In this document: positions 1 to 13,100 of the stretch, in pieces
Position numbering within the stretch: the first letter of the stretch is position 1
Layout of the letters: the number at the start of each line of letters is the position of its first letter
From: Takakia lepidozioides
Taxonomy: Eukaryota; Plantae; Bryophyta
DNA: 64,000 bases
Reading direction: 5' to 3'
Assembly (NCBI GenBank): GCA_030704615.1
Contig: CM060732.1
Coordinates: forward strand, 39,866,001 to 39,930,000
The notes under the pieces: model-generated
Told to the model about the DNA's origin: nothing
The model's database searches: none
What the model saw: only the letters and a program-made list of their open reading frames with translations
Made by a program: the position numbers and the translations under genes

Positions 1-1190
1 GTCCCACCCCATTGCAAGCCTGCAATTGGCTGCTCCCTCATACTATCTGCTTTGGACCTTCTGAAATAACCCTTGCCAAGATTTGGAACCCTGGGGTGAA
101 AGAAAGAAGGGAGGGCCATGTTTTGCTTCTAGCTGCTAGTAATGAATAAAAGTCTAGATGCACAACTGCCAATTCAAGAACCTGTCATGTTGAGAACAGC
201 CCAAAGCGGAAAATTTGAAACTTAATGGGGACCAGAAAGGTAAATAAAATGGGAGCTGTAAGACTGAATCTCTAGCAGCCCACTTCAAACTGGAACTGCA
301 AATAAGTTATACACGAAGAGCTGCCCAACACTGCTATGAACCCACGTAAAGTGGCCTTGTGCCTTAATCATATCATCTGTTGGATGGTTAGTGAAAATTA
401 TACCTAGTCAAAGAGCTTTAGGCCCTCCACAAGCAGTCCAAAAACAACTCAAAAAGAAAGAAAGAAACCTTCCATCTAAGAAAGCAAGAAGACCAGAAAA
501 TCTGCCAAGGGTTGCAAGTGAGAGAGTGATGAAATTCAGCTCTGACATCCGGATGCCGTAGATTGGCAAAAAGAGAATGGCACAAAGAGGTCGACAACCT
601 TCCAGACATGGCATTGGCAGCTTCGAGGAGTTAACCTATGATTGTAATGGTTATTTTGTTAACGTGTTATTTTTCCTCTTTTACCTGGAACAATTTGCTC
701 GATTAATTTTCAATATTCCGCACTATACAAAATACACCAAGATGGCATCAGGAGAACCCCTTCCGAAATCTAGCTTTACAAACTACTAATCATGAAGAAA
801 GAAGTGACACTGGACTGCGTGTATCCTTAACATTTTAGAGGAGCCACGCGCAGTGGCATATATACTACCTCTTGGAATTTCTCATCCTCCATCATCATCA
901 CCGAGGCCTAGTAAAATGAATCTGTTTCTCTCCCGTTTCTATCAAGTCAACTAGACATCTCCCCCCCCCCCCCTCCCTGCCTTCTACACTGTAGTTACCC
1001 CCTTACGGCCTCCAGACTGTTGCAAATGTGGTGTTATGAGTTCACTACCACTCCCTTACCATACTGTAAAGAAACAGAGATACATCTCCATTTTTACTGA
1101 TCGTACAGGCATGAGCATGGATGTTGATGACACAACTCTTAGCCCACATAATGAACATGCTATCATGGCTTTGCAAATTAAGAACATGGA

Positions 1191-4100
1191 CTAACTCAGA
1201 TCAAAACCTGCGCCTGCAGTAATGGCGTATATCAGCTTCTCATGGATAATCTCTTTGCTGCACAAGCGGACACAAACAACCATTAACAGAGAATCTCGAT
1301 GAAGTGAAAAGCTCAAAAGTTCTTTAGAGAATGCGAGAGATAAGTATATAGCCTAGGAGCTCCTACCACAAGCCATTAGATTGTAGATATATTTAGCCAA
1401 GGAAAACACACCAGCTAATAGTGCAAGACAGTTATGGATGTATTCAGTGGGGTAAACTTGCTATAGCCTTGTGGCTAATACACACGCACAGAACAAGGCA
1501 GTCTGCACACCTTCTGTAAGGCGGGAGTTTGAGAAGGTTCATGCAGGTTGCCGAAGTTGGTAAGCGATCCGTCTCTCCTGATGCATCATCAGGGACAGTT
1601 CTGTGCACAGAAGAAATCTCCATCAGTTTTTGACCCTGTCCGAGAAATCTTTGGAGGCTAAGGCAGTCATTTGAAAAAGTTTGTTTCAATTTTCACGACT
1701 GAAATCAATCACTATATTCTCAAACAATGTTTCTCTTATAAGGTGAAAAAGGATGCATAACTAAGAAGTAGGAAGAAAGTACCTCTGTATGCAAAATTTG
1801 GGTTCCAGATATTTGAACCCAAGCAATGGTCCTCGAGAGCATCCTGTGACAAACCTAGGAAGCATCCCATCATATCCACTCAGGACATCTTTTTGAGTAT
1901 CATCCCATTCATATCCCATCCCATGCAAAAATCAAAGAAATGCAAATGGCTCTACACAGTGAGAAAGATTTGAATGATTCCAGCCTGACAGGTCCTGCCC
2001 TTTCCCTCCCCCCACAGGAAAGCTTGACAAAGGGTACTTACTTGAGAAATTTTTGTTGGAGATCTGAATCCAGTGTCTTCATGATGTCCCAAAACATTTC
2101 AATGACTGGGTGGTGCTGCAGACCCCAAACACATACCATATCAGAAATACTTTCAGGCCATCATCTTTGCGATGGTGGGGTGCAATCCAATCTAGTTGAA
2201 AACCACCCATTAGTTTCCAAACTTCCCATTTCTTCAATACCAACACAAAAATCACAAGTTTGTGTGAGGTGAGGTGAGGTGTGAGGTGTGAGAGTGTGAG
2301 GTGTCAAGTGGGACAGATGGAACCCGCAAACAACACAAATCCAGGAACACACAGAAAAGAAAGAAAGAAAGAAATGACGAGAAGAGGAATAAGGATCTTC
2401 CTGTACCTGGTGGTAGCCACCTGAATAATTTACGTTGTTCCGCAAATCATTCACATCCATACCTTCTTGTGAGCCGGATATGAGTATCTGTAATGACAAG
2501 AACAAGTTGAAAGAGTAGAAGAGGAGCTACAACTCCTCATTCTTCGACATCCAGGCAAACCCACACAAAGAATGACCAACAACAAGTCTTCCAGCCTTCA
2601 TAGAAACCACTAGTGCAGTACTAACCGACGCATACTAGTTTTGTAGAACTCAGGATGCTTCAAGCCTCCATGCACAAGAAGGGGAAGCGAGCCAGTGAGA
2701 CATGGAAGAAAGGAGGGGCATGTGAGAATACATACCTGTAGTTCTTGTTCATTGAACATGTCAATCCATTCTGTCTTTATAAGTTGTTGGAACCCACGAA
2801 GGAAGTGGTAACTTTGTTGACGGATCTGCATCAACCACCCACTCATAGACCCTGAGACAAAAGGCAACAACCTGATGCAAGACTCACAAAAACCATCAAA
2901 AGCTCCATAAAGTACTGTCCTTGTAACATCGCAGTCCAGCAAGAAAGTTTGCTTCAGTCAACAGAACTAGATCCACAAGGAGCATCTGAGACATAGAACG
3001 AGCGGTTTGTTGAGGTTTGTCATCTACAAAGTTTGATGTTCAGTATTCCCTCGCAATACACAATACGAAGTTTGATGTGCAGCATTCCCCTTCAACCATG
3101 CAGGTGGAAAAGAACTTTGAAGTTCATCTTGGCAGAGATTTTCTCTCCTGTTCACTACTGGTCTCTGAATTTTGTGCTTGTGGCATCTAAAATCTGTAGT
3201 TTGGTTTGCTCTAAATCGGACAGATGATGAACTGTTCTTCTTGCAACGAAGTTCTTACAAATATATACATAACCGGAGAAATACCTGAACATTGAGGCGA
3301 TGCCTGGCAACTAAGTGTATGTATTTGATCACATTGGACTTAGTGACCAGAATATCCTTTCCGCCTGGCACCAACTCCACCTCAACTTGCTCCCCGTACT
3401 CATTATTCACAACTACAAAGTACACAGACAGTTGTGCTAGATCGCCATCGTAGTGCTGCAAATTTTAGTTTCACAGATTTTGCTTGAGTCTAGAGAAGAA
3501 AGAGCACACTGGATTGGTATAATTGGTGAATAGAAAGCCAACTCCCTGCCTCCCCTCTCACCCCTGCCTCCAGGCACTAAGGAATGTTCGAGCTGAGATT
3601 CCATAACTCTGTATGGACAAAGCCCACAACTGGCTCTGGAAGGGTCATTAACCCAAGGAGTGTATTTCAAGAGTCATGATGACCATTTGCAGGGAATGAT
3701 CACTGAGAACATCTGTTCTGTCTATTTTCAGCTAGGGAGCTAAAGCATTATGGCTGGAATGAACCTCATGCTCTCTAGTATGATGTCAACGACATACATG
3801 AATATTCAATTCCCCTCGACTGCCATGCACTAGATGATGTCGATGACATACATGAATATTCAATTCCCCTCGACTGCCAGGCACGAGTGCATGGCAATAA
3901 CAGGTGAGTCTTATATCTAATAGAAACCATCACAATCCCACAGGGACTACTCCAACAAGGGTCAACCGATACCCACCATATTAATGAATACAGCCTCTCC
4001 AAGGCCCAACTATTCTGCCTAGCATGTCTCCAGCTTAGAGACCTGAGAGAAAGACATTGCACCTTGAGAAAGAGCAGGCTTCGATATAGCTCTGGGTCCA

Positions 4101-7100
4101 ATGACGGCAGGTCATGCAGATAGTTATGCCTGGGAGCAATGAGCAACAAGTACCACTAGATCAACTCCACTAGTGCCTGGGCTTCGTGTACACCCTCCAA
4201 GATGCTCAATGCAATGCTCCTACAATACTTTTGGTGTGCTTCCTTTAGGGACCAGTTGTTTTTACTTCAAAGTGCAAACTATGAGCAAAAGCACAAATCA
4301 AAATCTTTATAGGATTGGATGCCTACTTCTTCCGTAGCTTGCTTAAGAAGAATGTGGCAAAGGGTATGTCCACTAAAATTCCTTCAAACATGGCCTGCAC
4401 ATACAAAAGTAGCATCATGCCACCACAGCTGAAAGTCAAATGAATTGGGCATACACATCAGAATAGCTCAATTTCTAGCTTTCAATGCTGTTATTTCACA
4501 GAAACTGTTGTTTCTGGAGGCTGGTCAGTCAGTGTGCTATATTTTTGTTCTGATAGTTTGTTTTGAGCCTTCGCTGCTTGTTTTTTTCGGTGTTTCTGAC
4601 TTATGAGGTGTTGTAGGGAGAGATTTCGTAATCAAGTTTGATCTGGGGTCTTCGCCTTCAAAGAAAGAGAAGAGAGAAAGAAAGACACTTTATAACGCCA
4701 ATGGGAAGCTGATTGGACAAAAGAAAGCAGGATACAAGGAATACTTCAAAGTCAAGAGATTATCTATGGTGACATGCCTTGTGTAGAATGAAGCCAAGCA
4801 TTTCTGGTCCTTATTATGAAAGACCTCAGCAAGCGATCCTATCTTGGAATAGACTATACTATTGACATGGATCTCATAGTAGACAGGGCAGTAAATGCTC
4901 TTCAGTCTCAATCTCTCGTGAACATCTCTAGTGCAAGCAGGGGACAAGCGGTCAGCATGCTATAGGTTGTCCCATCTACCAGTCTCTATCTGTAGGCTGG
5001 TCAAGGCTTATCAAAGCAAGTCAGAGTGAGCCCCTCACAAATGTAGTTTCTGGTCCCTTCTGTTCCGCCCAAACTGGGCACGGGGTCTATGGCCACAAGG
5101 CTACGGCAACAAAGTCTTATGAGTACATCTATCTGTAGGCTGGGTGAGCCCACCCTGAACCTCCCATCCCCATAGAAGAGCTGGAGATAGAGCTGCAAAC
5201 AAGTAATTGAGCTGTAAGATTCTATCATCACATAGGACTAGGAAGGTGTCATGGTAGAACTGCAGCTTTGTTGTAAGCTTCTCTGGTTTCCAGGTCCGCG
5301 GAACATCGACTCCTGTCTAGTAAGATTGTTGGGGTCATGCCAAGAGAAAATTCCAGTGTTCTGGATTTGTGGCAGTAGAGATGCAACAGAAAGGTCGTCC
5401 TTCAAGAGACCCGAGCATACCAACAGGTCTTCAAACCAGCTGCTTTGAGTCTCGTAGAGGTTGAGGGCATGGACATGAAACCATTTGAGGTGGTAGATGC
5501 CAGCCTTGTCAAGAAGATTGTTAGTCGAAATAGGGCTTCAGGTTTGGGTGGTAGAATCTTAGATGGTGTTGTACATCATGAAGGAAACATGCCTGTAGGA
5601 GTTCCAGATTTTCTCCCAACAGGAACAGGGATCCAGTGGCCCAGAACTCAAAAAGAAAAGATAGCTTCCAGGGTATCTCAAGGTGAGAGATTGTACTCAT
5701 AAGACATTTGCCGTAGCCTTGTGGCCATTGACCCCGCGCCCAGTTTGAGCGGGAATCTCAAGGTGAGAGAATGTAATCGTAAGACGTTTGCCGTAGGATT
5801 GTGCTGTGCAGCTTACCTGCATCCAGCACCTTGTCTTCTAGACACGAGAGAAGGGAGATTGAAACTGAAGAACAGTTCTTTCGCTGGCCTCTGTACTATA
5901 AGATCAGGGGGAGATACTTTTGCCTAGTCTGAGATAGCCAATCCCTTACAGAGGCGTTCCAGTATGAGAATCAGAAATGCTTGGCAGTATATCTGTATGA
6001 GGCGTTACATGTTAGATAATCCCTTGATGAATATCTCTTGTTGAGCTGCTTGTGGAGGGCCCACTCTCTTTCTTTTATCCTGCTTTCTCTTGGCCCATGA
6101 GCTTTTTAAGCTTTCCAAGGACGTTACGCAGTGTCTTTCTTTCTTCCTCTCTCACCTTCAGATCATTTATATCACAGTAAGTCCCACTACTGGAGTGAGC
6201 CACTCACAACGGTAGGGTCTGTTCTCTTTTGTTCTGCCCAAACTGGGCATGAGTGCTCCCCTCCCCATAGAATAAAGAAATTAATCAGTAGAAACAAATT
6301 AGGAAAAAAAAGAACACATGTTGGTAATGGGGCAGATTGTGTTGCATACCTTGCCAAGAACTTTGCCAAGAAATTCAAAATAGTGAAGATGCTCATCATG
6401 GACCATATGTGAGGCCGGATTAGGATAAAGAAGGTGATCAGTTGTTTCCTGCCAATGAACAAAGTGTAAATATACAACTAAGTACTTTATTTCAACCATT
6501 GAAAATATCAGAGAAAAGGAAGAATATGTACTACAACCAGGACTCGGTTTATGTCTGTGGTGGAAGTCAAATCTATCATACTGGTTGCATGTTTTCTAAG
6601 ACTTGCGCTTAAGAAGGTCTGCAATGTTGAATGGAGAGCTTTTTCGGTCACTCTGTCCTCAGAAGGTAAGAGATCCTGACACGTTCGGCATTGAGTGTTG
6701 GATTGTATCTTACAATTCGAGGAGGCTATCCGTTTGGTTGAGATTGCTCTGTGTTATTCTTCAGGTCTACCCTTGACGAGAAGTTAATTAGGCGTCCAAT
6801 CTTGAATGGAGATGAAATCAAAAGGGCATATAAATCCAAAAGAGGAAGCTTGCAAGCTACTATCCACTACTCCAATGCATATAATGTCTCATGCTCCACC
6901 TTCTTCGGCACTTGTCAAAATGGCCTATCTTTGTGTCACATGGTAACCAAACAGCTTGAATAGTTTCATGAACTATTTTATTACAAATCATAAACAGTTT
7001 TCTAAAACCTGCCGTCAGGCTATGCTTGAATGCTCCCTTGTTAATCTTAATTCTGACAGGCCCATCCATCCAAAGTTCCAGTCTTCCCCCTTCAATGATA

Positions 7101-10100
7101 CTACAAAATGATATATGAGAGGTACCTTAAACAGGCCGTACTGTATATCAAAGGCGGCTTTCGTTATGTTCTCCATGAAATCCTTAAATATGCCTCCTCC
7201 ATCAACACCTGCTTCCTCTACTCCCAGCTCATTGACAAAAGTGACTTGAATCTGACAAAAGACAACACCCTTGATAGTCAGTTCTTCTGAAACTTGCCCC
7301 TCTGTTGGTAAAGTCAGTTCTGCTTCAATCACATTCCACTCATTCCTGACGACAATGTCACATTCAATACATAAACTCGAAGTAACTAGACATAGTAAAG
7401 GGGCTTACCGTGCCCCTCAGAGCCTCTTCCGGAAGTGTGTTGAGCTGGGCGAATGCATCCTCCGTGATTCGATCTCTGCGGATCTTCACTTTTACTCTTG
7501 CAAAGGGAGGGTGTAGGCCGTCTTGCTGCCTCGCAGATGCCAGCTGTGACTGAAATTACACAACATATATTATTTGACCTCATCTCATGCTATGCATCCC
7601 GTCCTGCTTTCCCTTTTCTTTGGAAAAAGACTAATCAGACCCTGCTTGTAATTGCCCTTCACCATTTTATATCAGACAGGGTAGAGAGAGCAGAGGAGCC
7701 TCACCGTGTAGATACGCACTCTATCTGTAAATGGAACAAGAAAAGGTGCTTGTCGAAGTAAATCTCGTGCCCTTGTGTGTTCTCCTTCAGCCTGCAATCA
7801 AGAAACCATCCAAATAAGTGGGCATAGAGTTCACACACCAAGAGATTTCTGAAAAGCCACAGTAGCCAAACATGCTAGCAAAAAGATAACCAGGGGACAC
7901 CGGAAGAGCTATAAGTTGACAGCTCAAGACCTGTAATTCGTTCCCTACTTTGCTGCTTTCCACACAATTAACAAACACTGAGAACTGTAGAGACATATGG
8001 TGTTAGTTGAAGTGGTTGAGCACATCTGAAAATACCTTCACCAAACGCTGACCAGAAAAAACACTTTTGTTGGGTAGGTAAATGACATATCCAACACAAC
8101 CTTGACCAATACTGAGAGTTAGGAAAAATCCCAAAAATCAGCCAGCTGTGAAATCTCATGAATTACAGACCTGGGCAAAGAAATTATCATCCACAGCTTC
8201 TCGTGCATGAAAATCTTGGGGTGATGTGAATTGCCGCCTGCTGTTGCGGTCATGCAACTGCAAGAAGGATGAAATTAGGCTTACTACCCAAAAACTCCGT
8301 ATACCCACTTCCCCTAGATTCTCATGATTGGCCGAGCAATGTCTGGCTGCTTTATACACTACACTTGCATAACACTGTGCTGGGAAGAAATAGTGAAGGG
8401 TGCCAGAATGAACCCAGAGTGAGATTGTCCCATAGAACATTAGGGCAACCTGATACTGCTTGCAATCAAGGATAAGAAACTATATGGCCAGTGCTAGGAC
8501 AGACCACAATCCACGTAGCATACACTTCCTTCACAAAATACGAGCATGTTCCAAAATGAATGCCTAGTACTTGAAGCTCCTATCTACAAATCATCGGCTG
8601 TTTTCATCATACTCCCAAGCTCATCTCCTCACTTTACCCACAGAAAAGGGTCTCACATCGATAGAAGGTTTGCATATATCAGCCTTCTTTCCTCCAAATT
8701 TTAGCACTACCGAACATTTTGCAACAGAGAGTGTAAAGCATGAGAGCACAAACCTCTGCTAAGAGCCGGGCTGCAACATTGCTGACATGCTCTCGAAACG
8801 GCTGGGAGGAGAAAATCCGACGTGAAGATGAGACTACTTGACCAGGCTTCTGTGCAGGGCTAGTAGACGATTTGGAGGTTAAGACCCAGAGTAGCTGCCA
8901 CAGGGCCTGCACAAACACATGCAAAAGATCTTGGAACTGTAATAAGCTGTAAAACCATTTCTCACTCTTTAGCTGTTACCTTACCATGACAATGGAGTAA
9001 AACCCCTGAATTGCATGTAACTGCGAAAGAGAGATACAACATGGGACCCAAACAAAGACACTTTTCTCTCTTTCCCTTTTCCTTGTCTTGCAAAGAAAAC
9101 TGGAAACAGACTCACAAAACTCAAAAAACAGCACTAAACATTCTCTAGATCCTTTCTTTATGGGGAGAGAAGAGGGTATTGGTCTACTCCTGATTGACAA
9201 CTCATTGTTGCACAGAGTAGCAAATTCTGAAAAACACAGTCCTACCGCTAGGCATTGTTAGTAAATAAGATTGGACATTGCTACCTGGCAGGCAAATACC
9301 TCTTTCAAGACGATGACCAACTGTACAAGATCATCAAGAGGAAGTGGCCGCTGCTGCTCGTAAAATTCCTCATTGTCAACGCTCATTAGCAAATAGCTGG
9401 CCTCCACACATCCAATCCATCCCCCATTTAAACTCAAAGATGCACAGCAGAGATTACAAACCGAACTCCACCCTCTGAAACACTCCATGGAGGGAACCTA
9501 AGCTTCCAAGTAAGAGACCAAAACAAAGGAGTTTAACTAAACACGTGCGCTGCAAAAAACCATATGCCCTTTGTCCTTGCTTCCTTTCGAACCCAACTAA
9601 CCAGAAAGGGATAGTAGCTCTCCAAGAGCTTGGTATCAAGAAGCTCAATCAAGCTTGTAGGATAGCAACTGATTCTTTTGGTCCTTGTACTTATAGTATG
9701 CTTGAATTCTGCAATCTAAGTAAATGTTGCATTTTGCATTTATTCTTGTGATTTAATTAGGAGTCCCTCCAAGTATGGAGTGGGCAAAGGCTTAGCACTC
9801 ACTATATAGAATCCCCACTTCTGCTTCTATCCGTGATTTCATCGAGTCCTTCCATATGTCTGTTTCAGATGCAATTTCTAATTAGTATTATAGCATCTAG
9901 GGACACACTCAGCCAAAAAATCTCTCAAGTTTAGTCTGGTTTACGTGTCTCTGGTAACACAGCTAGTATTACAGCAAACTCAATGTCTTCTCATCTGTTT
10001 ACGTAGTCTTCATTTGTTTACTGTAAGAACTTGACCAAGTTCTTCGAGGAACCAATGACATTCAGAAACATGAAGCCTAAGTTTTCTAGCTCTCTAAAAT

Positions 10101-13100
10101 AGTGGATGTTCCCTCTTAGGAAAAACTGGGAAGCCCTATCAATTATCTGTTCAGCCACTCCACCATGCTTGGATGCATGGCAGACAAACACATGGGAACT
10201 CAGCCATGTGACCAAGGGGCAAGAGAAATTCACACCTAAGTTCTACCAATGCTATTTTCCATTTACCTGTGATAATTTTCCTTGATGAGATTCATGCACC
10301 CACTAAGCAAACCAGCACATATGTCTAACAGATAACTGCCAATTGGACCTGGAGGCTCTACCTGTATGCCTTCGTCAAGGATTTGAAAAAGGAAAGACAC
10401 GGATATGAATTGTTTCTGTCAATATAGAGCTTCTTCTTTGGTGATCTTTCATCATGAAAGAGAATAATTAATTGGGTAAAAATGTGCCCTTAGTACCATT
10501 TCGAAATACGGTACACTTTTCAGCTGCCCTCTCGACTCTGCACTTCTTTGCAGAAGCTTCTTGCAACATGGACATGCACTCAATGGTCAGTCACATGATG
10601 TTGAATGCAAGCGATTGTCTCACCTGTACACAGGGCAAAAGACAGACAGGGGTAGCATCCATCCGAGCAGCTCAGCTGGCAACTGCGTTTCAGTGAAACT
10701 CCTTCCCACAAGCTCAATGGAAGGCCAAGACTGGTACAATTGGCATCGCTTCATGTATGGCCACAGCTGTGGTACAAGCTGGGCAGCGTATGCCAAGCCC
10801 GTGATGACAACTGCGGTAGGCAGAATCATCGAAGTAGCATACAAAAATGCACAAGTTGCCCCAACTGCTGCTGCCTCAGCCTCTGTTGGGGGTTCGGTCG
10901 ATGTGCTCCCGGAGAATGTAACCCTGACCTAAGGGAAAAATCAAGTAACCCACCAAAATCCTTAATACTACTGACTATTGAGTCACTTATCTGCCCATCT
11001 CACAATAGCAGCTCTCTCGAGCCCGAGCTAAGAGGTGCTGCCCAGGCCAGAGATCTATCCCCCACTCAAATTCTTCATTATCTCAATGGCAAACCTCCTA
11101 AAGAAGTCAGTGGAGGAGGTGAGGAAGAAGCTCAAAAAGGCCAGACAGGAATTGTTGCTCAAAAAGTGAAGGAGCATGGTCCAGATTCCTAGCTAAGATG
11201 ACAGGGAGCATATTCCATGAGTTCATCAGTTCAGCTCTCTCTCTCTCTCTCTGCCTTCCACACTACTGGAGTGAGCCCCTTACACAGATGGTGCTTATTC
11301 CATATGTTTCTGTCCCAACTGGGCACGGGGTCTATGGCTACGGCAAAAAAAGTCTTATGAGTACATTCTCTCTGGCTTCCACTGGGGATCTCTTCTTCCG
11401 CTTCTTTCCCTTCGTAAGCACTCTGAACTTCAAGAACCCCTTTTCAACAAGGTGCAAAGAAGGCATACCAGATGCTTCAGCAACTCATAATTGGTAGCAT
11501 GGAGAAGCTGTTGCTCCAATGCAGGCTCTGGAACTATTGTCCTTCCAGTCCCATCAATTTCCATCTCATCTTCACCATCTACACATGCCAATATGGACAG
11601 GATCAGACCTTGTGCAATTAGAGGCCACTGCAGAGGTTGGTTACACGTGCAAGCACAGAATTTTCTAAACCTCATGTAAGCTTTGGGATACAGGAAACAA
11701 CCCTCGTCCATGGTCTTCACAGATTTCAAAAAGGAAGGCGGAAGCTCCTCCATCAAATATCTAGCAACCACTGCAAATTCTGTTGCCTGTAATTACAAGG
11801 AAAAAACATGACAACTGTCACCACAAGCATTTCAGCAGCAAGGCACTGCTCATTGGCATAAATAAATCTCACTTTTTCTTTCTCTCCTTTCCTTTCTTTT
11901 TGTCCCTGTGGACATTACAAAGTTTCTTTCTTTCGTTTCTTTCCTCTCGCGCTTCTCCCACATAAAGTCCTCTTTAATAGACTTTACAGGCTTCTTGTGG
12001 ACCTTACGATGTTTCTTTCTTTCTTTCTTTCTTTCTTTTCTTTTTGATATAAAGTACCTGTTTGAATATGTTATAAAGTACCATTTCATTTCCTTTTGTT
12101 CTGTCTCCAGCAAGCAAGTGTAAAAAGTGCATCCCTTTCTGTGGTTTTACAGTGTTGCTCTACTTGTCCCATTGGCCCTCAGAGCCCCAAGTCGACTTTG
12201 TACAGTTTCTTTCTTCCTCCTCCTTCAGCCCAAAATGGAATGCAGACCAAGACGACTAGCAAAAGTAGAGGATAGAGGATTTTACCAGCTGTAAGGTGCA
12301 GTCTACTCGGGAGAGACCTGACCCTGCCACATCTACAAGGTTGCCAAGGAGACAAATATCCGAGGGAAGTCCTGGTGCAATATCTGGAGGTAGTGAGCAC
12401 AGGAACCCCGGCAAAGATGATGCTATTTGGTGAATAGAGTGCGCCCATAGACCCTCATTCACACACACCTGACACACCCAAATGTCCCAAGAAAATAAAT
12501 GGAAGGAAAGATTTCCCAGGGAAGACTTCCAACAACTAGCATATATGGAAGTAGAAGTTCATGCACAGTACACATACATATTCTATTTTTCTCTCTCTCC
12601 ATGGGCCTTCTCTGGTGTAATAATTCCTTCTTATTCTTCTTCTCCCACTCGTGGGGTCTATGTCCACAAGGCTATGGCAAACATGTCTCACCTACAGTAC
12701 TATATTTGGAATGTGAAAAATAGGGACGTTGATAGTTCGAAACCTACGCAGACAAGTATGCTGCCATTTTCTCTCATGGACCATTCTCGCTAATGCTCTT
12801 TTCTTGTTCTACCAGTTTTCTAGTTTGTTTTGGTCAGAGGAGCCCTTCAGGCTTCTAGTCAGCATTAAAATGTCGTTCTCAAAGATGTCAAATGCATATA
12901 CGTATAATGCTACATCTTGGTCTAAACCACTGCCACATATAGATGCTAAAATAGGTGGAACGAGGGTAACAAATGGGTCAAATGCACTTAACAAATTCAA
13001 GCAGATAGAAGAGCCTCGTACCTGCTTAAACATGGGAAAGCACTGCCAAAGCAATGGGATGGATAGTATCTGAGATGGAAAGCTCCATTGTGGTAGGACT

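Noticed and set aside
408-640. Possible last exon of a + strand gene entering from the left (Lys/Arg-rich frame ending ~571)
   Set aside because: No recognisable domain and no convincing splice acceptor; cannot be supported from this window.
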